This document shows positions 1 to 8,646 of a stretch of DNA of 64,000 bases, one piece after another. The notes beneath the pieces are model-generated. The model made no database searches. It had not been told where the DNA came from and worked only from the letters and a program-made list of their open reading frames with translations. Each line of letters begins with the position of its first letter. Positions within the stretch are counted from its first letter, which is position 1. This DNA comes from Nitrospinales bacterium. Its GTDB lineage: Bacteria > Nitrospinota_A > UBA7883 > JACRGQ01. The stretch is taken from positions 6,560-70,559 of the forward strand of contig JAHFEK010000005.1 in the NCBI GenBank assembly GCA_023248495.1. Reading direction: 5' to 3'. The position numbers were made by a program, and so were the translations under genes.

Positions 1-183
1 GGTCAAGCGCCCAAGGCGCGCGCGGCCATTTTTCCCAAGGGCCACTTACCCGGCTGGATAGCTTAGTCCTCCACCCCCACACTGCCAAAACCAACACGAA
101 ACACCGCGCCCCGTCCAGTGGGGATTGCCACGGCAGATTGAATTACCAATGCCGCCGTTCCGTGCGCGCTGACCGGTTTTTTT

Positions 184-273
184 TGGCGGAGAGGGGGAGA
201 TTTGAACTCCCGGTACAGTTTCCCGTACAACGGTTTTCGAGACCGTCGCCTTCAGCCGCTCGGCCACCTCTCC
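184..273 (-). tRNA. tRNA-Ser (anticodon CGA), 90 nt, long variable arm
   Basis: Hand fold of the reverse complement: GGAGAGG acceptor, D-arm, anticodon loop CU-CGA-AA, long variable arm, T-arm GGGAGTTCAAATCTCCC, 3' GCCA. Overlaps the spurious ORF 46..267. Confidence 0.8.
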
Positions 274-283
274 ACTAAAAAAA

Positions 284-361
284 TGGTGCGCCCGAGAGGA
301 TTTGAACCTCTGACTTTCAGAACCGCAATCTGACGTTCTATCCGGGCTGAACTACGGGCGC
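284..361 (-). tRNA. tRNA-Arg-like (hand-folded anticodon GCG), 78 nt
   Basis: Reverse complement GCGCCCGTAGTTCAGCCCGGATAGAACG-TCAGA-TTGCGGT-TCTGA-AAGTC-AGAGGTTCAAATCCTCT-CGGGCGCACCA. Acceptor and T-arm are canonical and Arg-like. The anticodon assignment needs tRNAscan confirmation. Confidence 0.7.
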
Positions 362-461
362 ATAATGACCGGCTGCATTTCCGGAAGCGGTAATGATACA
401 TAAAACCGCCCTAAAGGGCAAATAATTCCGCATATAAAAAGGTTCCCGTTCGTATTAACAT

Positions 462-2147
462 ATGAAAATGAAATGTTTACCGGCAAAACCCGTATTCAAA
501 ATCCACCCCGGCAGGTGCGCGAACACTGCGCGAAAGGCATTAATTACCGTTGCGGTTTCACTGTTGCTCCTTGCCTGCGGCCAATCAGGCGGTTCATCGG
601 GAAATGGTACCGGGACGGGGACGGGAACTAACGCGGGAACGGGAACAGGAGGGGGATCATGTTATGCCGCGCCCTCGCACCAAGCGTCCAGCGATGGAAC
701 CACCGTTCTTTCAGGAACCGTTTATTACGAAGATCGCACCTATGATGCCACCGGCTTCACGGGCGTCGCCTGCCTGCCCGTGCGCAACGCCACCGTCGAT
801 CTGATGCGCAACTCCGTTGTGGCGCTTACGACCACCACCGACGCGGCCGGCGCGTATAGTTTCGCCATTCCCGCGGCGGGAACCTATTACGTCCGGACGC
901 TCGCCCAAAGCGGCACGGTCTATAACGCCGTGGTGAAAGACAATCGGGACAACTCCACCTACGCCGTCAAATCGATCAGTCTCGATATTGCGGCCAAAGA
1001 CGCGTGGACTGTCACTCTCTCCGCCGGAATGACCGGAGCCGGTCCGGCCTTTAATATTTACGACAACATCCTCAAGGCTCAGTCGGTTCTTCAAAAATAT
1101 GCCCCCAGCGCAACTCTGCCGGCCTTGACCGCTTACTGGTACGACGGCAAGACGACGGGTACCTATTATTCCAATGGAGCCGCGGGGCATACGCTGGATA
1201 TTCTCGGATCCCCCACCGATTCGGATGCCTATGACGACAGCGTAATCCTGCATGAGACGGGGCATTACGCCGCCGCGGTTTTCTCAAAAGACTCGTCTGG
1301 CGGCGGCGCGCACAGCCTGACGGGACATTACGACCTTCGCCTTACATGGTCCGAGGGATGGGCCAATTTCTTTTCAAGCCTGGTGAAAGCGGAGAAAGCG
1401 GAACCGAAGCCGTACGTGTACGTGGACACCAACGGCGGCACCGGCACCGGCAGCGCCACCCTCAACTTCACCTTTGAAATCGATACCCCCTCCTATGCCT
1501 CCCGCGCCACCGGCGCGGATAACGAGGTGGCGGTGGCGAACGTGCTTTGGACCATCTACACCGCCGGGGCCACGCCAAGGTTGGGGCTTGGTTTTGCCGA
1601 TATCTGGACCAATGTTACGGTTGGGCTTAAGACCGATACCTACGTAACCTTTGAAGGGTTTTACGATCATTGGGTCGCCACCGCGGGCCATCCCGCCGGG
1701 CAGCTCGATCCGTTGCTGACGGCCCGAAGCATCAAATATGCGGCCGATGCCTATGAGACGGACAGCAGCGCCGCCACCGCGCGCGCCATCGTTGCGGGCA
1801 CATCGGAAACTCATACGTTTTTCGGCGCGGGCGATACCGACTGGTTTAAAATCGCGGTAACCGGCGGCACGGCATACACGTTCGCCACCGGCGCGTTGGG
1901 AGACGGCTGCGATACGCTGATGACGCTTTATAATGCCGACGGAACAACGCAACTTGCCCAAAATGATGACGAGATCAGCGGCAAAGGGTCATCGAAAATC
2001 TCATGGACCGCGGACGCCACGAAAACGGTCTATCTGAAATTGGAACCGTACCGGCCGCTTATCAGCACCGACCTTGCGTATAGCACCTCGACATCATGGC
2101 CGCCGCAAATAGTGAAATACGGTTCCTACACGCTCACCGTTCAATGA
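462..2147 (+). CDS. secreted zinc metalloprotease lipoprotein (HExxH) with Gly/Thr-rich linker, carboxypeptidase-regulatory-like domain and C-terminal pre-peptidase (PPC)-like domain
   Basis: Signal peptide plus lipobox (LLLACGQ) followed by a GTGTGT linker. HETGH zinc-binding motif (VILHETGHYAA). C-terminal GDTDWFKIAVTGGTAYTF resembles the PPC domain. Long ORF with good coding look. Confidence 0.7.
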   Translation: MKMKCLPAKPVFKIHPGRCANTARKALITVAVSLLLLACGQSGGSSGNGTGTGTGTNAGTGTGGGSCYAAPSHQASSDGTTVLSGTVYYEDRTYDATGFTGVACLPVRNATVDLMRNSVVALTTTTDAAGAYSFAIPAAGTYYVRTLAQSGTVYNAVVKDNRDNSTYAVKSISLDIAAKDAWTVTLSAGMTGAGPAFNIYDNILKAQSVLQKYAPSATLPALTAYWYDGKTTGTYYSNGAAGHTLDILGSPTDSDAYDDSVILHETGHYAAAVFSKDSSGGGAHSLTGHYDLRLTWSEGWANFFSSLVKAEKAEPKPYVYVDTNGGTGTGSATLNFTFEIDTPSYASRATGADNEVAVANVLWTIYTAGATPRLGLGFADIWTNVTVGLKTDTYVTFEGFYDHWVATAGHPAGQLDPLLTARSIKYAADAYETDSSAATARAIVAGTSETHTFFGAGDTDWFKIAVTGGTAYTFATGALGDGCDTLMTLYNADGTTQLAQNDDEISGKGSSKISWTADATKTVYLKLEPYRPLISTDLAYSTSTSWPPQIVKYGSYTLTVQ

Positions 2148-2450
2148 TCAGTTGAATCGGCCGCCGAAACCGCCCCCAGGATAGCTGAAGCCGCCGCCTG
2201 CCGCGCCGGCGCCCATCCGGCTGGCGATGAGCATCAACAACATCGGCACCGCCACCAAAACCAGCCGCATCAGAAAAATAAGGGCAAGACCGGCGGCGAG
2301 ACAGAGGGTGGAGGTTCCCAGCACCAGAACCTGAAACAGCAGGCCATATTGCGGCGCGGCCAGCAATGTGACGTGCATATAAAATCCCAATGCGGCCAGC
2401 ATGGCCAGCGCGATGCCCGCCATGCGCATAAATCCCAGAATGACGCCCAT
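2148..2450 (-). CDS. small hydrophobic membrane protein with Gly-rich C-terminus (hypothetical)
   Basis: 100-aa ORF convergent on the metalloprotease stop. Two to three predicted TM helices. No recognisable family. Confidence 0.4.
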   Translation of the reverse strand: MGVILGFMRMAGIALAMLAALGFYMHVTLLAAPQYGLLFQVLVLGTSTLCLAAGLALIFLMRLVLVAVPMLLMLIASRMGAGAAGGGFSYPGGGFGGRFN

Positions 2451-2655
2451 GATGTTCTCCTTGCCTTTCCGGTTATTTTGCCCTCCTTGGGCATCTTCAG
2501 GGCCGGTAGCGCTCCCTTGAACGAGACTATCCTCCGGTTCATTCTACACCGCGCCGTCATCAAGAAAGGGATACCGGGAAAACCGGAGGCAGACCGGGGT
2601 TGACCTTTCCCCCGCTTTACGTTACTTTTGCGTTTGGCTCAAAAAGGAGACATCA

Positions 2656-3468
2656 ATGACCTATCCGTTATCGTTGCAAGGAAAGAACGCCCTCATCTTC
2701 GGCGTGGCCAACGAACGCAGCATCGCCTGGGGCATCGCGGAGGAGCTGCACCGCGCGGGAGCCAACCTCGCCTTCACCTACGCCGGCGAGATACTGGAAA
2801 AACGGGTTCGGCCGTTGGCGGAATCCGTCGGCTCGAAATTCGTCGAGCCATGCGACGTCACCAGCGATGAACAGATCGAAAAGGTTATGGCCGACTACAA
2901 GGAAAAATTCGGCCGCCTCGATATCCTCATTCACGCCATCGCCTTCGCCGACCGCGAAGATTTAAAAGGTCACTTCTACACGACCAGCCGCAAGGGACTC
3001 GCCATGGCGATGGACATCTCGGTCTACTCGCTGGTGGCGCTCACACGGGCGGCCCTGCCGCTAATGGAGGGAAGCGAAGGAAGCATTCTGACGCTCACCT
3101 ACCACGGCGCGGATAAAGTGGTGAAAAAGTACAATGTCATGGGAGTGGCGAAGGCGGCGCTGGAATGCTCCGTCCGGTACCTCGCCGACGACCTCGGCCC
3201 CAAGGGAATACGGGTGAACGCCATCTCCGCCGGGCCGATCAAAACACTGGCGGCCAGCGGTATCGGCGATTTCCGCGCCATGCTGAAACATCACGCGCGA
3301 ACCGCCCCGTTGCGCCGCAACGTGACGCAGGAAGAGGTGGGGAAAGCCGCGCTATACCTCTGCTCGCCGCTGGCATCGGGTGTCACCGGTGAAATTATGT
3401 ACGTGGACTGCGGCTACAACATCATGAGTGTCACCCCCGTTGAAGAAGAAGCAAAAACGGAGCAATAA
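2656..3468 (+). CDS. fabI: enoyl-[acyl-carrier-protein] reductase (NADH), FabI
   Basis: N-terminus [25 protein letters not shown] and SDR-type Y/K catalytic region are typical of FabI. 270 aa. RBS AAAGGAG upstream. Confidence 0.93.
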   Translation: MTYPLSLQGKNALIFGVANERSIAWGIAEELHRAGANLAFTYAGEILEKRVRPLAESVGSKFVEPCDVTSDEQIEKVMADYKEKFGRLDILIHAIAFADREDLKGHFYTTSRKGLAMAMDISVYSLVALTRAALPLMEGSEGSILTLTYHGADKVVKKYNVMGVAKAALECSVRYLADDLGPKGIRVNAISAGPIKTLAASGIGDFRAMLKHHARTAPLRRNVTQEEVGKAALYLCSPLASGVTGEIMYVDCGYNIMSVTPVEEEAKTEQ

Positions 3469-4174
3469 CATCAAAACGCTTATAAGCATCATCGATGCCG
3501 GGGAAGTAAAAGAGCTGCCGCGTATGCCGGATTTTCTCGATCTGAAAGACCCCCATAACGGATCGCTGGGTATGCCCGCGCTGGTCACCATAGAAGCGGT
3601 GCGCGCGGCGGCGGGAGACGCCGTCACCCTTTCCACCGCTATCGGCGATGCGGAATATGAACCTGAATTTTACGCCAACCGCGCGGTGGACGCGGCGCTG
3701 GCCGGGGCCGATATCGTGAAGGTCGGCCTTAAAAATGTCTCGGCGGAACAGGCGCCGTGGTTCCTTGCGGCCATCCGCCGCTCGCTGGACGCGCGCGCGC
3801 CCTACACCCGCATCGTCGCTGGCTTCTACGCCGACTTGATGGACGAAGCCTCGCTCAAGAAATTTCCCGCCGCCGCGCAAAACGCCGGCGTGTGGGGTTG
3901 CCTTATCGATACCTACGATAAAAGCGGCAATCGGCTGGGACACTATTGCGGACCGGAAACGCTGGCCGGATTCACCGCCGACTGCCGCGCGCGGGGCCTG
4001 AAAAGCGCGTTGGCCGGCGGCCTGGTGGAAGGCGACCTGGTCTGGCTGGACGAAGCGGATCCGGACATCGTCGGCTTCCGCTCCGCCGTGGCCCGGGGGG
4101 CGCGGGGCGCATCCGGTATCGACCCGAAAAAAGTTACCGACATCTTTTTCGCCGTCGATCAGCTTAACCGCTGA
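3428..4174 (+). CDS. MfnB-like / DUF556 (COG1891) class I aldolase-fold protein (4-HFC-P synthase homologue)
   Basis: Conserved blocks match archaeal MfnB: [19 protein letters not shown] (Schiff-base Lys context), [21 protein letters not shown] start overlaps the fabI 3' end by about 40 nt. Confidence 0.6.
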   Translation: MSPPLKKKQKRSNNIKTLISIIDAGEVKELPRMPDFLDLKDPHNGSLGMPALVTIEAVRAAAGDAVTLSTAIGDAEYEPEFYANRAVDAALAGADIVKVGLKNVSAEQAPWFLAAIRRSLDARAPYTRIVAGFYADLMDEASLKKFPAAAQNAGVWGCLIDTYDKSGNRLGHYCGPETLAGFTADCRARGLKSALAGGLVEGDLVWLDEADPDIVGFRSAVARGARGASGIDPKKVTDIFFAVDQLNR

Positions 4175-4303
4175 TTACTGATACATCTAACCAAATATTC
4201 AACCCTACTGAGCAAGGTTTTTTTTTCCGACTAGGGAAGGTGCAGCGATTTCCTCGTTAAAATAAGAATCCCGTCAAACCGATTTGCAGAGATTTAGAGC
4301 CAG

Positions 4304-5050
4304 CTACTCAAGAAGATTTTTTTCGCGGGTTGATTCGTAGAGGGAGGGAATATTTTTAGAGTGGATACGGAACTGGCTCCGCTTTTTGGCCTTCGGTTTT
4401 GTGGAGATATTTTCCAACTTGATGCCCGGATCATAGTAAACGCTGCCATTTGCGATGGCCTTAAGTAGGCGAAGAAAGTCGGTGCCCTTGCATAGCCGGA
4501 CAACATTTCCATAGCTGTATTTCAGTTCCGGTTTGTTCTCTTTCATTGAGGGAATATAAACGGCTTGAGCATGCTTCTTATTCCAGTGGGTTATTAATCC
4601 GCTGAAATCCCATAATGCCGCTACCTTGTCTTTAGAGGTTAGCAGCGCAATTCCACCAGAGGCATCTTTGATTTTTCCTTTCTCCGCATCATATCCCGAC
4701 AGGGTAAGCATGAGGCCGGTACTTTTCTGCCGCTCTCCAAATTTATGGATACCGCCAAAGTTCAACCGGTCAGGTTTGCCGTTTTTATCCGGGTACCCAT
4801 ATTTCCTGATGAACTCGACAACCCCTATTTCTTTATAAACGCCACCTCTTGGTTCTGGCGTCATGAGGGTAATCACACCTGATTTGAATTTATCAAAGGC
4901 GAAAACAGCATGTTGCTTAACTTCCCATCCAAGGTAATCCGGATCAGAATAGCCATTTGCTGTAATACCCAGTTCGGCCTCAAGGGTATAACCCCCACAG
5001 TTGGTTGTGTTGCAGGAGCCAAGCTTTCCACTTTTAGGCAGTTTTTGGAT
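4304..5050 (-). pseudogene. N-terminally truncated MutH/Sau3AI/BcnI-like PD-(D/E)XK restriction endonuclease fragment
   Basis: My translation of the open frame upstream of the called ORF gives ...GYSDPDYLGWEVKQHAV..., a PD-x(n)-E-x-K motif. It ends at an in-frame TAA (5051-5053) just after the HNH gene stop. The only usable start (GTG 4876) lies downstream of the catalytic motif. AT-rich. Confidence 0.55.
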
Positions 5051-5066
5051 TTAATCCAACCTTCCA

Positions 5067-5843
5067 TTATGGTCGAAAAATTGTCTCACGATGGTACCTT
5101 ATCGCAACTTTATCCGGTGAAAACTTCTTCGGCAAATTTACCATTATTCCCTCTATTTCTATTAATCCAATTCGATGGAGGGGTTGCGGTAATGCGGTTT
5201 TTAATTGGCTTGAAACCAAAATTTTAAAGGAATTATCGATAGCAATGTAACCTCGATCAAATGCACGGTCATGTAGTGCACAAAGAGAAATTCCATTTGT
5301 TGGGTCTGCCCTTCGATCGACCTTTTGACTCCAAGGGATAATATGACTTGCTATCAATAGCTCTCTGATTGGAAGCTGACAGAGAGCGCACTGTGAGCCA
5401 TAAGAAGCGAGAACAGTTTCTCTAAAAAAACTTTGAACTAATCGAACCTTTACTGAACGAACTTCCTCCGTTCTTAATGACAAACTATCTAAATTTACGT
5501 CTGGTAGCGATTTCTGGTCTGATTCCTTTCCAGTTATTGCTAAAAAGGCTTTCTGGCTTTCAAATGCAAGCCTACTCCAATCGGAATTGAATTCATCCCA
5601 TATTTTAAGGTCTTCTTTGCTCGCGTTGGCAAGTCCTTTAATGTTTCGTGCTTTTTGGACAGGATCCAAACTGGCAAAATTTACCAACTTCATTGCAATT
5701 GAGCTGGGTGTTCGGCCAAGTTTTAAAGCCAAAAATTTAATATCCGGATTTGCTTTGTGAAGACGACCAAAAGGCGTTCGACAGTAAAGATTGAATGCCA
5801 CGATTAATTCATCGTGGCTCCATCTTATTCTTTCATTCGTCAT
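5067..5843 (-). CDS. HNH-family endonuclease with uncharacterised N-terminal domain (restriction-type nuclease)
   Basis: C-terminal CALCQL...ASHIIPWS...NGISLCALHDRAFDRGYI matches the HNH (Cys/His..N..H) motif. Intact 258-aa ORF in the AT-rich island. Confidence 0.65.
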   Translation of the reverse strand: MTNERIRWSHDELIVAFNLYCRTPFGRLHKANPDIKFLALKLGRTPSSIAMKLVNFASLDPVQKARNIKGLANASKEDLKIWDEFNSDWSRLAFESQKAFLAITGKESDQKSLPDVNLDSLSLRTEEVRSVKVRLVQSFFRETVLASYGSQCALCQLPIRELLIASHIIPWSQKVDRRADPTNGISLCALHDRAFDRGYIAIDNSFKILVSSQLKTALPQPLHRIGLIEIEGIMVNLPKKFSPDKVAIRYHRETIFRP

Positions 5844-5899
5844 TGGTTTTGAAAAACTCTCGAGATGATTTGATGACCAAAGTCCAACACTCCAAATAG

Positions 5900-6642
5900 C
5901 TATCGGAGAACTACTAATCCATCAGCTTCAACTTTTTTTGCCCATGAGTTATTCCTCATAAAAACGGTTCCATAAACCCTAAGTACCCCTGAAATATGGA
6001 CGTTAATTAATATGGCGGTACAAGAAATCCCAACATCCCCAGCAAGGTTTTCGTCCATTAGCAAAAAGGTTGTTTCCTCAGCACAGTCATAGTAAATATC
6101 ACTTGCATCTTCAATAGTTTTAAAATCTTTAATAAACCGTCTAAAAATCAATTTGCCCTTCCAAATATTTTTTATTGCGCTTTTTAGATTATCGAGAACG
6201 GCTGGCAGGGAAAACCGGCCAACAGCACATCATGGTCAGGAATAAGCTGAATAGGCACTTTTGTTATATCGCCCACAATGGGATGATCATCATTAAAGTT
6301 TGCCCGGTAAGTTTCATTTGCCCGCTCATCCCATTCGCTGGTAAAGAGGCAATCCCCGCCTTGGGACTCGAAACCCAACCGAAAACCACCTATCCCGGCA
6401 AAAAGGTCTATAAAGGTGAAATCTCCTTGCGGCTTAAAAGCGGATAAATTAAGCGGCAAAAGAAGCTGTTGAAGCAACCGCCGGGCATAAGGCGGGGGAA
6501 TACATTCCCCAATTTCCCACCGCTGGATGGTTCTTGCATCCACCCCAAAATAATTAGCGACCTCTTTCTGTGAATAGATGGCATTCACTTCCAAGAGAAG
6601 ATTACCAAAAGAAACTCTCTTATTCATCTTCATCGCCCCCAC
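5900..6642 (-). pseudogene. DNA (cytosine-5)-methyltransferase with N-terminal HTH (M.SsoII-like architecture), disrupted by stop and frameshift
   Basis: ORF 6184..6642 has an XRE-like HTH, then motif I FIDLFAGIGGFRLGFE and motif IV GFPCQPFS, and stops. The downstream frame (5900..6151, TTG start) continues with an ENV-like block (LLMDENLAG). My frame walking finds two stops and a +1 shift between the pieces. Confidence 0.65.
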
Positions 6643-6774
6643 AATCCAGGAATATATACGGACAATATGGCAGAAATAGCTCCCTTATTCAACGACCAAG
6701 ATGACTGACTTTCAATGGCCCTTTCAAAGATGGACTTATTCCTTTCAGCCATTTACATATTGCTTACCTACCGA

Positions 6775-8646
6775 TTACTTCGCCCAGCGGTTGGAGCGGA
6801 GGAGGCTGAAGGTGATCTGGTTCTCGGCCAATAATTCCTTTTCCAGTCCGTCGAAATAGCCTTGTGGGGCTGCCCCCTCAAAGTAGCCGGTTTCCAGCCG
6901 GTCGCTCAGTGAATGCGTCAAGTAGCCTTTGTCGGTGATAATGCCGACAACCTCCCCCTCGCTGCAGAAGGCGCGTTGCCGCGTTTTGCGGAAGAGCGAA
7001 TCTCCCATCGCCGAAAAAGAATCGTCGAAACCGAGCAGATCGATGATGGTCGGCAACATGTCGAGCTGGCTGCCGACGGTATCCACCGCCTTCGGCTCCT
7101 TGAAGATGCCCGGCGCGTAAATAACCAGCGGCGTGTGAAACTTTTCACGGTATCCCCCGCTCCCGTTGCCGTAGTGCACCTGCGCGTGATCGGCGGTAAA
7201 AATGAAAATGGTTTTGGCGAACCACGGCTCTTTCTCCGCCGCCTTCATAAATTCGCCGATACTCCAATCGGAGTAATACAGGGTGTTTAAAAAGCCGTCT
7301 TCGCTTGAGGTGTCGGCGGGTTTTATTTCCCACTGTTTGCCCAGCGGCGGATAAGGGGTGTGCGTGGTGCCGGTGAAGAGATACGCGATGAACGGCCTTT
7401 TCGCCTTGTCGATCCGCGCTTTTAAAAACAGCAGTGTTTCGTAATCCCAGCCGAATACGCTGGCGCTATAGTCGGGGTAGTTCAAGAGCCTGGGGTAATC
7501 CTCCATGCCGTAGTAATCGGCGAATCCGGTGGCGCCCGCTATGGCATTGACCATGAACGAACGGCGGCGGGATGCTTGCAGGAAAATGGTCTCATAACCG
7601 TGGCGGCCGGCGATGGCGCCGAGCTTGGAAATGTTGGAGACCTCCAGCCCAAAGCCGAGCGCCGGGATGCCGTTCACCGGGGCGACGCCGGTGATGGTTG
7701 CCTGTATGCCAGTGATGCTGCGTTGGCCGGCAGCGTAAAAATTGGCGAACTTCAACCCGCGCGCCGCAAGCCGATCGAAGTTGGGCGTGACCCCATAGCC
7801 GTTATGGCCGAAGGAATCGACATATTTCACCCCCCAGCTTTCCATCAGGATAAAGACGATGTTGTAACCGGTGGACGTGGCGGCGTAGTTTTTTTGCATC
7901 GGGTAATCGCCCTCGGGCATGTTGAGCGCCGCAGCCGCCACTTTCAGCGGCATGAGCCGCAGATTGGCGGAATCGGCGTGGAGGGCGGAATGGTAAGCGG
8001 TGAACGCGCCATTGAGCATGAGGTTTCCCATGGCCGTATTGCCGCGCGAAAAGGCATCGATGGTGCCAAACGGTTTATCGGTTACGCTGCCGCGGATGCC
8101 GAGGAACAGGAAAATGACCAACAACAAAAAATTGAGCGCCGCGCTTTTGGGTAGCGTTTCGGGCTGACGGATTATTTTTTTCCAGAGCGCCCCCAGCGCC
8201 GCCGCGAAAAAGATAAATAAAACCAACTGCGGCAGGTAGACGCCGAATGCCATGTCGAACAGGTAGTGGACGTCGTTGCCCAGCATCAGCAGTTCGGTGG
8301 CCGTGTGGCGATGCACCTCGCCGAAGAAAGCGGTATCCCCCGCCAGCAACAGCGCCCCGGCCAGCAGAATGGCATACGCCGTCCATCCCCACGCCGTTGT
8401 CCAACGTCCGCCACGAAAAAACGCGCCCGGCAGATTCATCATCACGAACGGAAGGGAAAGAAAAGTGAGGGAGATGGAAAGATCAAACCGGACGCCAGCG
8501 GCAAAGCCGAAAAGTGTTTGCGCCGCTGACAGCTCGGCAAAATAGGGGCGGTGGACCAGAAACAGCCCAAGCCGTGAAAGCGAAAATACCGCTAGCGCGG
8601 CTCCAATGAAAAGACCCGTTTTTTGCATCCGGCTCATGTCAGGCAC
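6775..8646 (-). CDS. LTA-synthase/phosphoglycerol-transferase family membrane sulfatase-like protein (LtaS/MdoB/OpgB-like)
   Basis: Five N-terminal TM helices plus a C-terminal alkaline-phosphatase/sulfatase fold (FILMESWG, TPNFDRL, GQRSITG). 623 aa. Confidence 0.75.
   Translation of the reverse strand: MPDMSRMQKTGLFIGAALAVFSLSRLGLFLVHRPYFAELSAAQTLFGFAAGVRFDLSISLTFLSLPFVMMNLPGAFFRGGRWTTAWGWTAYAILLAGALLLAGDTAFFGEVHRHTATELLMLGNDVHYLFDMAFGVYLPQLVLFIFFAAALGALWKKIIRQPETLPKSAALNFLLLVIFLFLGIRGSVTDKPFGTIDAFSRGNTAMGNLMLNGAFTAYHSALHADSANLRLMPLKVAAAALNMPEGDYPMQKNYAATSTGYNIVFILMESWGVKYVDSFGHNGYGVTPNFDRLAARGLKFANFYAAGQRSITGIQATITGVAPVNGIPALGFGLEVSNISKLGAIAGRHGYETIFLQASRRRSFMVNAIAGATGFADYYGMEDYPRLLNYPDYSASVFGWDYETLLFLKARIDKAKRPFIAYLFTGTTHTPYPPLGKQWEIKPADTSSEDGFLNTLYYSDWSIGEFMKAAEKEPWFAKTIFIFTADHAQVHYGNGSGGYREKFHTPLVIYAPGIFKEPKAVDTVGSQLDMLPTIIDLLGFDDSFSAMGDSLFRKTRQRAFCSEGEVVGIITDKGYLTHSLSDRLETGYFEGAAPQGYFDGLEKELLAENQITFSLLRSNRWAK

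Noticed and set aside
46-267. 73-aa minus-strand ORF
   Set aside because: Lies across the tRNA-Ser gene and the GC-rich leader, with no coding signature. An artefact of high GC.
550-1961. Several overlapping ORFs (550..804 +, 711..1265 -, 1374..1961 -) inside the metalloprotease gene
   Set aside because: Alternative-frame or antisense ORFs typical of high-GC DNA. Their products are Arg/Gly/Pro-rich nonsense. The long sense ORF has clear motifs.
6175-6447. 90-aa plus-strand ORF
   Set aside because: Lies antisense within the C5-methyltransferase pseudogene. No features.
4175-6775. Possibility that the AT-rich island is a prophage, IS or integrative element
   Set aside because: No integrase, transposase, terminal inverted repeats or adjacent tRNA attachment site were seen. 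The content is purely RM-type, so it is called a defence-island remnant rather than a mobile element.
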